Source: Microbacteriaceae bacterium
GTDB taxonomy: Bacteria > Actinomycetota > Actinomycetes > Actinomycetales > Microbacteriaceae
Assembly (NCBI GenBank): GCA_947455385.1
Contig: CANGNR010000001.1
Coordinates: 1 to 32,520 of the forward strand
Direction of reading: 5' to 3'
Length of the DNA: 32,520 nucleotides
The notes beneath the pieces were generated by a model. The model had not been told where the DNA came from and searched no databases. It worked only from the letters and a program-made list of their open reading frames with translations. The translations under genes and the position numbers were made by a program. Positions 1-9,610 of the stretch are shown piece after piece. The first letter of the stretch is position 1; every line of letters starts with the position of its first letter.

Positions 1-85
1 CCAACCGCCCCTCGATGTCGACGAGCAGAGCGCGCTGGTCGGCCAGGGCGGCCTGCCAACTCTCGTGCATCGATTCAAACAACAC
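1..85 (-). CDS. ung: 5' end of a gene running off the left edge; probable uracil-DNA glycosylase
   Basis: Minus strand from GTG at 85 reads MLFESMHESWQAALADQRALLVDIEGRL..., resembling the 'xxxSW..AL' N-terminus of family-1 UDG. A TAGTAT -10 lies 6 nt upstream (92-97). Only 28 codons are visible, so the product is tentative. Confidence 0.5.
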   Translation of the reverse strand, partial: MLFESMHESWQAALADQRALLVDIEGRL

Positions 86-122
86 TTCTAAATACTAAGA
101 AATGACATCTATGCTGAGTCGC

Positions 123-1334
123 ATGACCTACAAAGCTCTCGCAGAAGAAGCAAGCCAGTATCTCGCAGTGGTCCAGGGAATCAGGCGCGAACTGCACCAG
201 ATTCCGGAGTTCGGCCTCCAGCTGCCGAAGACTCTCGAGCGCGTTCTGGCATCGGTCGAGGGGCTGGGCGAGATTCACCGCAGCCCGACCATCTCTGGCG
301 CGTCGCTACACATCAAGGGCGCCAAGCCCGGCCCTACCGTGCTACTTCGATGCGACCTCGACGCCCTCGCCGTCACCGAAGACACCGGCCTGCCTTATGC
401 ATCCACGAATGGATACATGCACGCCTGCGGTCACGACCTTCACGCGGCCATCGGCATCGGTGCTGCCCACCTGCTGCGCACCCACGCCGACCAGCTCAAC
501 GGCGACGTCGTGGTTTTCTTTCAGCCGGGCGAAGAAGGGCACGGTGGAGCAGACATCATGCTCGAAGAAAACCTGCACCTTGTTTCGGGCAGCAAGCCCA
601 TCGCGGCATACGGCATCCACGTTTTTAGCCAGCGGATTCCGCGCGGCGTCTTCACCACCAAACCGGGCCCACTGATGGCGTCGGCAGGTGACATGCTCGT
701 CACCTTTCACGGCAAGGGCGGCCACGGATCTTCGCCATGGATGGCCAAAGACCCAAATAGCGCGCTGATTGAGGCTATGTCGGCCCTGCAGACCATGGTT
801 ACGAAGAGCTTCGACGTGTTCGACCCAGTAGTCGTCAACATCGGTTGGATCAGCGCTGGCGACCCACACACCACCAACGTGATTCCTGAGACCGCATCGT
901 TCGGTGCGACGATTCGAACCTTCAGCGCCCTCAACTTCGAGCGCGTTCGACGCCTCGCCAAACAGCTCGTCGAGAACATCGCAGAGGGATTCGGACTCAC
1001 CGCGACGGTCGAGTTTCCGCCATCGTCGCAGGTGCTCATCAACGACGCTGGGGCGGTTGACCGAGTCGAGCGCGTTGCCAACGAGACCTTTGGCGCCGGC
1101 CGATTCTCGCGCATGGAGTTTCCGATTCTCGGTGGCGAAGACATGGCGTCGATCCTCAAAGAGATGCCTGGCGCATTCGTGTTCTTGGGTGCAGCGACCG
1201 CCGACCACGACATCGACCAGTTGGCGGCGAATCACTCCAATAAGGCCACCTTCGATGACTCGGTGATTCCCGATGGATGTGCGCTTCTGGCAGCGCTCGC
1301 GATTGATACCCTTAACGAGGCTGCTGCGAGCTAA
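123..1334 (+). CDS. M20 family amidohydrolase (M20D, hippurate hydrolase-like)
   Basis: Motifs RRELHQIPE, LRCDLDAL, MHACGHDLH, FQPGEEG, GKGGHGS, GGED and NHS. Start moved from 102 to ATG 123, which lies 7 nt after TATGCT (110-115). Confidence 0.9.
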   Translation: MTYKALAEEASQYLAVVQGIRRELHQIPEFGLQLPKTLERVLASVEGLGEIHRSPTISGASLHIKGAKPGPTVLLRCDLDALAVTEDTGLPYASTNGYMHACGHDLHAAIGIGAAHLLRTHADQLNGDVVVFFQPGEEGHGGADIMLEENLHLVSGSKPIAAYGIHVFSQRIPRGVFTTKPGPLMASAGDMLVTFHGKGGHGSSPWMAKDPNSALIEAMSALQTMVTKSFDVFDPVVVNIGWISAGDPHTTNVIPETASFGATIRTFSALNFERVRRLAKQLVENIAEGFGLTATVEFPPSSQVLINDAGAVDRVERVANETFGAGRFSRMEFPILGGEDMASILKEMPGAFVFLGAATADHDIDQLAANHSNKATFDDSVIPDGCALLAALAIDTLNEAAAS

Positions 1335-1420
1335 CTCGCGGGGCTAAATCAATCGAAGAGCGCTCACCGATGGGGCTGAGCGACCAGGTTTGCCAAAGTT
1401 ACGACTTGTTTCGCGCTCGA

Positions 1421-1449
1421 TTGCGGGCGTCAGTGGCGGTTCGTAGCCT
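1421..1449 (+). promoter_or_regulatory. Housekeeping-sigma promoter for metY-metX
   Basis: TTGCGG (1421-1426), 17-nt spacer, TAGCCT (1444-1449). AAGGA SD precedes ATG 1493. Confidence 0.6.
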
Positions 1450-1492
1450 TGAATCAAACCTTCTCGCCAAACACATCACATAAGGATCCAAA

Positions 1493-2791
1493 ATGAGCAC
1501 CGACCCAAAGAACTGGGGCTTTGAGACCGCGCAGATTCACGCCGGAGCAACCCCTGACCCAACCACCAACTCGCGCGCTGTTCCGATTTATCAGACCACC
1601 GCTTATGTCTTCAACTCGAGCGAGCACGCCAAGAACCTCTTCGGCCTCGCAGAGTTCGGCAACATCTACACCCGCATCATGAACCCAACCCAGGGTGTCG
1701 CAGAAGAGCGCATCGCCGCTCTCGAAGGCGGAACCGCCGCATTGCTGCTCTCGTCGGGTCAGGCTGCTGAGACCTTCGCGATTCTTAACATCGCACAGGC
1801 CGGCGACCACATCGTTGCCTCGTCGACCCTCTACGGCGGCACCTATAACCTCTTCAAGTACACCCTGCCAAAGCTCGGCATCACCACGACCTTCGTCGAG
1901 AACCAGGATGACCTGGCCGAGTGGGCTGCAGCCGTGCAGCCAAACACCAAGGCTTTCTTCGCCGAGACCATCGGAAACCCTAAGGTTTCGATCCTCGACA
2001 TCGAGGGCGTATCGGGTGTCGCTCACGCCAACGGTGTGCCACTGATCGTTGACAACACCGTTGCCACCCCATTCTTGATCAAGCCTCTCGAGCACGGTGC
2101 AGACATCGTCGTTCACTCGGCTACCAAGTTCCTCGCAGGCCACGGCACCGTCGTTGCCGGTGCCATCGTCGACGGCGGAAAGTTCGCCTGGAGCAAGTCG
2201 GACAAGTTCCCAGGCCTGACCGAGCCAGACCCTTCGTACCACGGCGTCAACTACACCGCAGCACTCGGTGACGGCATTGCCTACATCATCAAGGCCCGCG
2301 TTCAGTTGCTTCGCGACCTCGGTGCAGCCATCTCGCCTAACAGCGCATGGCAGCTCATCCAGGGTCTCGAGACCCTCAGCCTCCGCGTTGAGCGTCACGT
2401 CGAGAACGCCAAGAAGGTTGCCGAGTGGCTTTCGAACCACCCACAGGTAGAGAGCGTCAACTACGCCTCGCTGCCAACCTCGCCTTGGAACGCAGCAGCC
2501 ACCAAGTACGCACCTAAGGGTTCGGGCGCCATCGTGTCGTTCGAAATCAAGGGCGGCGTCGAGGCCGGCTCGAAGTTCGTTGACTCGCTCAACCTCTTCA
2601 GCCACGTTGCCAACATCGGTGACGTTCGCTCGCTGGTAATCCACCCAGCAAGCACCACCCACTCGCAGCTCAGCCCTGAGCAGCAGTTGACCACCGGTGT
2701 CACCCCTGGCCTGGTTCGTCTGTCGGTTGGCCTCGAGTCAATCGCCGACCTACTCGCAGACCTAGAGACCGGTTTTGAGGCGGCCAAGTAA
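1493..2791 (+). CDS. metY: O-acetylhomoserine aminocarboxypropyltransferase (sulfhydrylase), PLP-dependent
   Basis: FETAQIHAG, PIYQTTAY, GNIYTRIMNPT, VHSATKF (PLP lysine), ANIGDVRSLVIHPASTTH and RLSVGLE motifs; adjacent to metX. Confidence 0.95.
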   Translation: MSTDPKNWGFETAQIHAGATPDPTTNSRAVPIYQTTAYVFNSSEHAKNLFGLAEFGNIYTRIMNPTQGVAEERIAALEGGTAALLLSSGQAAETFAILNIAQAGDHIVASSTLYGGTYNLFKYTLPKLGITTTFVENQDDLAEWAAAVQPNTKAFFAETIGNPKVSILDIEGVSGVAHANGVPLIVDNTVATPFLIKPLEHGADIVVHSATKFLAGHGTVVAGAIVDGGKFAWSKSDKFPGLTEPDPSYHGVNYTAALGDGIAYIIKARVQLLRDLGAAISPNSAWQLIQGLETLSLRVERHVENAKKVAEWLSNHPQVESVNYASLPTSPWNAAATKYAPKGSGAIVSFEIKGGVEAGSKFVDSLNLFSHVANIGDVRSLVIHPASTTHSQLSPEQQLTTGVTPGLVRLSVGLESIADLLADLETGFEAAK

Positions 2792-2794
2792 CAC

Positions 2795-4000
2795 TTGGAA
2801 TTCCAGACACCCGAGGACACCGTTCCGTCATCCTTCGTCACGGAGGAGCTGAGCCGACAACTGATCGGCCGGCCACCTGCGACCGGAGCATGGCGTGACG
2901 GTGACCCCTCGGGTGATCGACTCTTCGTCCCACTCCCCAGCATCAAGCTAGAGGGTGGGCGTGAGTTTAACGGCGCCAGAATCGCATACGAGTCATGGGG
3001 CACGCTAAACGAGGATGCCAGCAACGCAGTTCTCGTGTTGCACGCGCTAACCGGCGACTCGCACGCGGTTGGCGCATCGTCGAAGGCCCACCCAACCGAG
3101 GGTTGGTGGAGCGACATCATCGGCCCGGGCAAGGCCATCGACACAGATCGTTTTTACGTCGTGGCACCAAACATGTTTGGCGGCTGTCAGGGTTCGACTG
3201 GGCCTTCTTCGCTCGATCGAAGCGGCCGCGAATACGCCAATCGGTTTCCGTACATCACAATTCGCGATCAGGTCACAGCTCAGTTCGAGTTCTCGAAGGC
3301 CATCGGCATCGGTCGTTGGCACTCAATCATCGGCGGATCGATGGGCGCGATGCAGGTGCTCGAGTGGGCAATCACTTACCCGGATGCGGTCGATCGCATT
3401 GCGGTGATTGCGGCGCCGGCCGTTTCGTCGGCCGACCAGATCGCACTCAACTCTGTGCAGGTTGAGGCCATCAAGACCGATCCTGCCTTTGACAAAGGCC
3501 ACTACTACGAGGCCAAGCCGGGATTCGGGCCGCACCGCGGACTCGCCCTTGCCCGACGCATGGCCCTGCTCAACTACCGCTCGCCCGGCGAGCTCAACGA
3601 GCGCTTCGAGCGCTCATGGCAGAGCAGCGTGTCGCCGCTCGGCGGTGGCGGCCGGTTCGCGGTCGAAAGCTACCTAGACTTTCACGGCAACAAGTTCACT
3701 CGTCGCTTCGACGCGAACTCCTACATCGTGCTGGTCGAATCGATGAACTCGCACGATGTGGGCCGCGACCGCGGCGGCGTTGCCCAGGCGCTCGCGTCAA
3801 TTCGCGCCAAGTCGCTCGTCGCCGGCATCGACTCCGACCGCCTGTTTCCGATTCAAGACCAGGCACTGATCGCCGAGCACATCGGCGGCGAGCTGATCGG
3901 CGGCGAATTGCGCGTCATCGAGTCGCCATACGGCCACGACGGATTCCTGATCGAGCACGAGAAGGTCGGACCTCTGCTTCGAGAGCTACTCGACTCCTAG
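2795..4000 (+). CDS. metX: Homoserine O-acetyltransferase
   Basis: HALTGDSH, GGCQGSTGP, GGSMG nucleophile elbow, RFDANSY, DSDRLFP and GHDGFL motifs; TTG start 3 nt after the metY stop. Confidence 0.95.
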   Translation: MEFQTPEDTVPSSFVTEELSRQLIGRPPATGAWRDGDPSGDRLFVPLPSIKLEGGREFNGARIAYESWGTLNEDASNAVLVLHALTGDSHAVGASSKAHPTEGWWSDIIGPGKAIDTDRFYVVAPNMFGGCQGSTGPSSLDRSGREYANRFPYITIRDQVTAQFEFSKAIGIGRWHSIIGGSMGAMQVLEWAITYPDAVDRIAVIAAPAVSSADQIALNSVQVEAIKTDPAFDKGHYYEAKPGFGPHRGLALARRMALLNYRSPGELNERFERSWQSSVSPLGGGGRFAVESYLDFHGNKFTRRFDANSYIVLVESMNSHDVGRDRGGVAQALASIRAKSLVAGIDSDRLFPIQDQALIAEHIGGELIGGELRVIESPYGHDGFLIEHEKVGPLLRELLDS

Positions 4001-5265
4001 CTCGAGGCAACCCCGGCTGAGTCGACTTGTTGCGGGCCGCTGGCGCGCATCCTGGTTAGCCTCACATTGGCGAGCACTAGCAGAACCACCACGGCAAGGT
4101 TTCGAACCCCAAGCAGGGCCACTCCGGCCGGTTCGAGGGCCAGAATCTGACCGTAGAAGACTGGATAAATCATCCAGGTCACAAAGCCCAGTGCGAGCGT
4201 GTAAACCACGTAGAAACGCCAGCGCGGAACGCCGAAGAACAGCCCCATCGCGGCTGGCAGAACGAGCCACATCATGTACTGGGGCGAACCCACCTTGTTG
4301 AAGACGATTAGGTCGAGCACCGCGGTCAGCGTGGCCACCGTGACGACATCTCGCCAGGCTGCGCCGCTTCGAGCCGCCGCAAACGCCAGCCAGCCCGTGA
4401 TTATCAGCGCAATAATCTGCGCGAGCCCGATCAAAGTTGCAACCTGCTCAACCCCGATGCCGCGAACCTGAAAGGTATACATCGACCCGTCGTAGTAGAG
4501 GCCGGCATCTTGAACTTTGGCGACTCCCTGCCACAGCCACCACTGGGCAATCGGCGCCTCGATCTGGATGCCTCGGCCCGATTGCACGGTTAGGAATCCA
4601 AACAACGAGGCATTGCCGCCGAGCAGAAAACCGACGATGAGCGTGCCGATGCTTGCGGTTGTCGCTACGACGAAAACCCTCAGCCGGCGCTGACCGGCGG
4701 CAATAAGCGCGAGCAACGGTGCAACGGGCCAAATCTTGATCCACACGCCAGCGGTAAACCAGGCGGTTGCCGTGCCGAACCGTTCGCGGTCGAGCGCGAG
4801 CATGCCAACCAGTGACAAAAGCAGCGTCACCGTTTCGAGGCGACTGAGCGAAACCGGGCCGACCACGAAGATGAAAGCCAGCACAAACCACGCCGTCAGC
4901 GTGCCGCGCTTGGTGCGCAGCGAGTCGGCGTCACGCTCCCAGTTAGCAAGCCATCCGAGCATCAGAGTGTTTGCCACCACGGAGAGAATCAGCCAACCGG
5001 TCTGCAGGTTGCCAGGCGAAACAAAGTAGGCGGCGAACATCGGCAACAAGGCCGGAAACGGATAAACCCACTCGCTAGTTATACCGAGCCAACCGCCGCC
5101 GTTTTGAATCGACTCGACCCATGGCTGGTAGGCGAACGGCAGGTCTCCCATCGGAAACCCTCCGCCCCAGATTCCCTCGGCGATCAGGCCGAGTTGCAGA
5201 GCGAGCGCAGCGAAGAGCAACACCTCGATGCGCGAATGCCACGCCGCCCTAGGCAAGTTCTCCAC
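3997..5265 (-). CDS. Glycosyltransferase family 87-like polytopic membrane protein (putative polyprenol-P-mannose mannosyltransferase)
   Basis: Multiple TM segments with WVYPFPAL, WIKIWP, RGIQIEAP and NKVGSPQY motifs. Start is probably GTG 5265 or TTG 5256, overlapping the nnrD stop, rather than 5379. Confidence 0.8.
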   Translation of the reverse strand: MENLPRAAWHSRIEVLLFAALALQLGLIAEGIWGGGFPMGDLPFAYQPWVESIQNGGGWLGITSEWVYPFPALLPMFAAYFVSPGNLQTGWLILSVVANTLMLGWLANWERDADSLRTKRGTLTAWFVLAFIFVVGPVSLSRLETVTLLLSLVGMLALDRERFGTATAWFTAGVWIKIWPVAPLLALIAAGQRRLRVFVVATTASIGTLIVGFLLGGNASLFGFLTVQSGRGIQIEAPIAQWWLWQGVAKVQDAGLYYDGSMYTFQVRGIGVEQVATLIGLAQIIALIITGWLAFAAARSGAAWRDVVTVATLTAVLDLIVFNKVGSPQYMMWLVLPAAMGLFFGVPRWRFYVVYTLALGFVTWMIYPVFYGQILALEPAGVALLGVRNLAVVVLLVLANVRLTRMRASGPQQVDSAGVASS

Positions 5266-6058
5266 CTTGCACATCGCGAACGACCAGCCGAACGGCCTCG
5301 GCCACGTCCAGGGCGGCCACCGGGCCATCCTTGGCAGCCAACTCGGCCGCCGCCGAGTGCAGCAGAACTCCGAGCTCAATCGCCGTCAAAAACAGGTTCT
5401 CGTCGGCCACGATCTGATCGTGATTGTGGGCCAAAAGTGCACCAAGGATGCCCGCCAGCACGTCGCCCGTGCCTGCGGTGGCCAACGCCGGCGGATTCGG
5501 CCCGATGGTGACGACCTCGCCCCACGGCGCGGCGACAAAAGTGATGTTGCCCTTCAGGAGCACAAACTGGTTCAAAGCCGCGGCCACGCGCTGCGCCGCC
5601 TCGTAGTCGAACTCGATCGTGATGCCGAGGCGCTCGAGCAGGCGCGCCATTTCGCCGGCGTGCGGAGTCAGCACGGCGGTTGCCGGTTTGAGTGCTGCGA
5701 AATCAATCAAAGAAAGTGCGCCGGCGTCGATCACCAAGAGTTCATCGGCCTGCACGAATGCACCAATCGCCTCGGCCTGCGCGCCAACCAGCGGAACGCC
5801 AGAACCCAAGACCCGAGACTGAGCCCGGCCAGGCCCGCAGACCACCTCGGGGCGAACCTCGATAACCAGCCTCGAAACCTCTGCCGGCCCTTCGTAGCGA
5901 ACCATTCCGACGCCGGTGCGAATTGCCGCCGTGACTCCCAGAATCGCGGCACCCGCGAACTCCGTCGAGCCCGTCAAGAAACTTACGACACCCCTCGAGT
6001 ACTTATCATCCGATGCCGTTGGCGCAGCCAACAGCGCGAGCATCTCAGAGGTGAACAT
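5249..6058 (-). CDS. nnrD: ADP-dependent NAD(P)H-hydrate dehydratase (stand-alone carbohydrate-kinase-family domain)
   Basis: DKYSRG, GAAIL, VIDAGAL, LTPHAGE, LLKG and LATAGTGDVLAG motifs; TAGCCT lies 6 nt before the ATG. Confidence 0.9.
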   Translation of the reverse strand: MFTSEMLALLAAPTASDDKYSRGVVSFLTGSTEFAGAAILGVTAAIRTGVGMVRYEGPAEVSRLVIEVRPEVVCGPGRAQSRVLGSGVPLVGAQAEAIGAFVQADELLVIDAGALSLIDFAALKPATAVLTPHAGEMARLLERLGITIEFDYEAAQRVAAALNQFVLLKGNITFVAAPWGEVVTIGPNPPALATAGTGDVLAGILGALLAHNHDQIVADENLFLTAIELGVLLHSAAAELAAKDGPVAALDVAEAVRLVVRDVQGGELA

Positions 6059-6118
6059 TGCTTAAGGCTACCCATCCAAGTTAGAAATCGGCTGCGAACC
6101 ACACTTAGGCTTGGCTTC

Positions 6119-7192
6119 ATGAACTCGGTCAAACTCTTTGAACCAATCACCATTCGAGGCATGCAGGCCCGCAACCGCATCTTCATCTCGCCGATGTGCC
6201 AATATGCCTGCGAAGACCGCGACGGAGTGCCAACCGACTGGCACATCGCTCACCTGGGCAGCATGGCAATCGGCGGTGCCGGGTTGATCATCACCGAGGC
6301 AACCGGCATTCGCCCCGACGGTCGAATCTCATCTTGGGACACTGGCATCTGGAACGACGAGCAGGTTGCTGCCTGGAAGCGCGTCAACGACTTCATCCAC
6401 TCGCAGGGTGCCATGAGTGCGATTCAGCTCGCGCACGCTGGTCGCAAGGCATCGACATACCGGTCTTGGTCTGGCCATGGCAGCGAGCCCATCGAAGAGG
6501 GCGGCTGGCAGAGCGTTTCGAGCACAGACGAGGCCTTCGAGGGCTATGCGGCTCCGCGAGCGCTAGAGACCGACGAGATGCGCACCATGGTGACCGATTG
6601 GGTCGAAGCCGCCAAGCGCTCGGTCGACGCCGGTTTCGATGCAATCGAGATTCACGCCGCACACGGCTACCTTCTGCACCAGTTTTTATCACCGCTCACT
6701 AACGACCGCACCGACGACTACGGCGGCAGCCTTGAGAATCGAGCCCGTCTGCTGCTCGAAATAGTCATCGGCATTCGAGCCGCCATTGGCGAATCGATTC
6801 CCCTGTTTGTGCGCTTCTCGGCTACCGACTACAAAGAAGGCGGCTGGGATGAACAACAGACCGCCACGGTGGCCCGCTGGTGCGCCGATCAGGGTGCTGA
6901 CCTGTTTGACATCTCAACCGGCGGCCTAATCACGGGCGTCACGATTCCGACCGGCCCCGGCTACCAGGTGAAGTTTGCCGAGTTCGTTGCGCAACACGTC
7001 GATGAATCGGTCAGTGCCGTCGGCCAGATCACCACGGGCAAGCAGGCAGAAGAGATTCTGCAGGCTGGGTTAGTAGATGTCATCATGATCGGCCGTGCCG
7101 CGCTGCGCGACCCGCAGTGGGCACTGCACGCATCGCAAGAGCTCGGCGTCGAGATCGACTACTGGCCCAAGCAGTACGCGCGAGCCAAGTAG
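6119..7192 (+). CDS. NADH:flavin oxidoreductase (Old Yellow Enzyme, YqjM/NamA-like)
   Basis: RNRIFISPMCQY, QLAHAGRKAS, EIHAAHGYLLHQFLSP, NDRTDDYGGSLENR and GPGYQV motifs. True start is ATG 6119, 7 nt after TAGGCT (6106-6111), not 5228. Confidence 0.92.
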   Translation: MNSVKLFEPITIRGMQARNRIFISPMCQYACEDRDGVPTDWHIAHLGSMAIGGAGLIITEATGIRPDGRISSWDTGIWNDEQVAAWKRVNDFIHSQGAMSAIQLAHAGRKASTYRSWSGHGSEPIEEGGWQSVSSTDEAFEGYAAPRALETDEMRTMVTDWVEAAKRSVDAGFDAIEIHAAHGYLLHQFLSPLTNDRTDDYGGSLENRARLLLEIVIGIRAAIGESIPLFVRFSATDYKEGGWDEQQTATVARWCADQGADLFDISTGGLITGVTIPTGPGYQVKFAEFVAQHVDESVSAVGQITTGKQAEEILQAGLVDVIMIGRAALRDPQWALHASQELGVEIDYWPKQYARAK

Positions 7193-7195
7193 CGG

Positions 7196-8239
7196 CTAGC
7201 GGTCGCGCCTAGTGGCGTCTTGAACCTCGCCCACGAGTTCTTCAAGGATGTCTTCGAGAAACAGCACTCCTCGCACGTTGCCGGCGCGATCGAAGACCCT
7301 AGCCAGGTGGGCGCCGACACGACGCATAGAGGCAAGCGCATCCTCGAGTTCCATTCGTTCCGGTAGCGAAATCAGGGTGCGGATTCGCTTCGCCGGCACA
7401 GGCTGTTCGTATTCATCCGCGTCGAGGTCTAACACGTCTTTGAGGTGCAGATATCCGACGAGGTCGTCATCCTCGTTGCGAATCGGATAGCGCGAGAACC
7501 CGTGCTTGGCGACCGCCTGTTCGATGGCGGCCGGTGTGACCGACTCTTCGAACGACACGAGCGACTCGAGGCCGACTGCGATATCGAGCACCTTCTTTTC
7601 GGTGAACTCGAAGGTGTTCGAAAGAGCGCCGGATGGGTCTTTCAGCACGCCCTCGCGGGTCGAGTGCTCGACGATATCTTCGACTTGGTCGAGGGTGAAA
7701 GCGGTTCGCGCCTCATCCTTAGGCGCGACCCTAAAGAGCCAAAGCACGCGGTTGGCCAGCCAGTTGATTGCGAAGACGATCGGCCGAAGAATCGTGGCCA
7801 GCACATAGAGCGGCGGCACAAGCAACAGGGCGGCACGCTCTGGCACCGAGAACGAAATGTTCTTGGGCACCATCTCGCCGACAACCACGTGGATGAAGGT
7901 AACCAGAGTCAGGGTGAGTCCGAAAGCAACCGCACCAACTGAGGCCTCGCTCAGCCCAAGCGATTGAAGGCTGGGCTCTAGAAGGGCGTGGACGCTCGGC
8001 TCTGCAATCGAGAGAATCAGCAGCGAGCAAATGGTGACTCCAAGTTGGGTCGTAGCCACCATCAGGGTGACGCGCTCCATCGCGCGAATCACGATTCGAG
8101 CGGGACGAGAACCGGCATCGGCGCGAGGCTCGATCTGGGCTCGACGAGCCGAGATTACGGCGAACTCCGCAGCAACAAAATAGGCGTTCGCCAACAACAG
8201 GAGGCCGAACCAGCCGATGCCCACCCATGGGTTAGTCAT
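7196..8239 (-). CDS. CNNM (DUF21)-CBS domain membrane protein ('hemolysin family'), putative Mg2+/divalent cation transporter
   Basis: NAYFVAAEFA, TQLGVT, VGEMVPKN, FSRYPI and LEDILEELVGE motifs; overlaps the stop of the upstream paralog. Confidence 0.9.
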   Translation of the reverse strand: MTNPWVGIGWFGLLLLANAYFVAAEFAVISARRAQIEPRADAGSRPARIVIRAMERVTLMVATTQLGVTICSLLILSIAEPSVHALLEPSLQSLGLSEASVGAVAFGLTLTLVTFIHVVVGEMVPKNISFSVPERAALLLVPPLYVLATILRPIVFAINWLANRVLWLFRVAPKDEARTAFTLDQVEDIVEHSTREGVLKDPSGALSNTFEFTEKKVLDIAVGLESLVSFEESVTPAAIEQAVAKHGFSRYPIRNEDDDLVGYLHLKDVLDLDADEYEQPVPAKRIRTLISLPERMELEDALASMRRVGAHLARVFDRAGNVRGVLFLEDILEELVGEVQDATRRDR

Positions 8240-9539
8240 CGCTCACCTCGACCTTCGGCGTGAATCGAACTCGGTCGACGCGACGGCCATCCATGCGTTC
8301 GACGCGCAGCGAACCGTCTTCGATTTCGACCTCGTCGCCAACTGCCGGGATGCGACCGAGCACCGCCATGAGGTATCCGGCAACCGTCTCGTAAGCGCCG
8401 TCGCTGGGCACCTTGACCGCCATCTCGGCGAGTTCGTCGGGGCGAATCAGGCCAGGAAACAGGATCGAAGAGTTTGCCCCTCGGGTAACGCCGGCGCGGG
8501 TGCGGTCGTGCTCGTCGGCTAGCTCGCCGACCAGTTCTTCGACCAGATCTTCTAGGGTCGCGAGGCCTGCGGTGCCGCCGTATTCGTCGACGACAATCGC
8601 CAGCTGCAGGCCCTTGGCTCGAAGCTCAACCATGAGCTTTTCGAGTCGCATGGTCTCGGGCACTCGAAGTGGTTCGACCATGAATGCGCTAACAGGCACG
8701 GATGCTCGCTTTGCGCGCGGCACGGCGGCCGCCTGCTTGACGTGCACCAGGCCGACCACGTCGTCGCTCGAGCCATCAATGATCGGAAACCGCGAGTGGC
8801 CGGTCTGGTTGCACAACGCCACCACATCGGCCGCCGTCTGGTCTCGGTCGAGCGTGAAAACCCGCGGGCGCGGAGTCATTACGTCGGCAGCGACCAATTG
8901 GCTCAGCGCGAGGGTCTTGGTCAGCAGGGTCGCCGTGTGCTGGTCGAGGGCTCCGAGTTTTGCCGACCGACGAACCAGCGCGGCGAGCTCTTCGGCCGAA
9001 CGCGTCGAGCTCAGCTCTTCTTTGGGCTCGATGCCGAGTGACCTGACCAGCGCTCGTCCGACCTTATTGAGCACAAAGATCGCCCAGCCAAATGTCCAGG
9101 TGAATGCGAGCTGAAAACCAACAACGGCCTGGTTCACCTTGAGTGGCACGCTCAGCGCCAACTTCTTGGGCACAAGTTCGCCGAACAACGTGGTGGTGGC
9201 TGTGATGATGACCAGTGTCGTCACAAGCGAGAGGTTGCGGGTTGCGTCAGCCGAGAAACCCCATCCGGCGACGGTGGGTTTGATGAGCCGCCCCATCGCT
9301 GGCTCGGCCAAAAAGCCGGTCAGCATGGTGGTGAGCGTGATTCCAAGCTGTGCGCCCCACATGTGAGTGCTAGTGCGGCTCAGCGCTCTGATGGTGTTGC
9401 TCAAACCGCGCTCGCCGCGCTCGCGCCGAGCCTCGAGTTCGTTGCGTTCGAGGTTCACCATTGAGAATTCGCTGGCCACGAAGAGACCGGTGCACACGGT
9501 CAAAAAGCCGGCGATTGCGAGCAGAATCCAGTCGTTCAT
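8232..9539 (-). CDS. CNNM-CBS-CorC domain membrane protein ('hemolysin family')
   Basis: FVASEFS, AQLGIT, FGELVPK, VMTPR, GHSRFPI and VVDEYGGTAGLATLEDLVEELVGE motifs, plus C-terminal CorC_HlyC segment YETVAG...LGRIP...DGRRVDRV. Confidence 0.92.
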   Translation of the reverse strand: MNDWILLAIAGFLTVCTGLFVASEFSMVNLERNELEARRERGERGLSNTIRALSRTSTHMWGAQLGITLTTMLTGFLAEPAMGRLIKPTVAGWGFSADATRNLSLVTTLVIITATTTLFGELVPKKLALSVPLKVNQAVVGFQLAFTWTFGWAIFVLNKVGRALVRSLGIEPKEELSSTRSAEELAALVRRSAKLGALDQHTATLLTKTLALSQLVAADVMTPRPRVFTLDRDQTAADVVALCNQTGHSRFPIIDGSSDDVVGLVHVKQAAAVPRAKRASVPVSAFMVEPLRVPETMRLEKLMVELRAKGLQLAIVVDEYGGTAGLATLEDLVEELVGELADEHDRTRAGVTRGANSSILFPGLIRPDELAEMAVKVPSDGAYETVAGYLMAVLGRIPAVGDEVEIEDGSLRVERMDGRRVDRVRFTPKVEVSDD

Positions 9540-9610
9540 CGCGGGCCGCCGAACACGGCAAAATCAGGTGCCAGAAACTGGCTAAACAAGCGGGCGGGCG
9601 CGGGGTCCAT
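9536..9610 (-). CDS. Putative 24-aa leader peptide MDPAPARLFSQFLAPDFAVFGGPR
   Basis: ATG 9610 to TGA 9538-9536, overlapping the CNNM ATG as ATGA. TATGCT -10 at 9621-9626. The CNNM gene has no obvious SD of its own. Confidence 0.45.
   Translation of the reverse strand: MDPAPARLFSQFLAPDFAVFGGPR

Noticed and set aside
1454-2662. 402-aa antisense ORF over metY, and similar shadow ORFs (342-1235, 12380-13327, 30470-31117)
   Set aside because: Typical high-GC antisense shadows of well-supported genes, with no recognisable motifs.
5228-6118. Apparent 297-aa N-terminal extension making a 654-aa OYE fusion
   Set aside because: It is the stop-free antisense of nnrD. The OYE fold starts at ATG 6119, which has its own -10.
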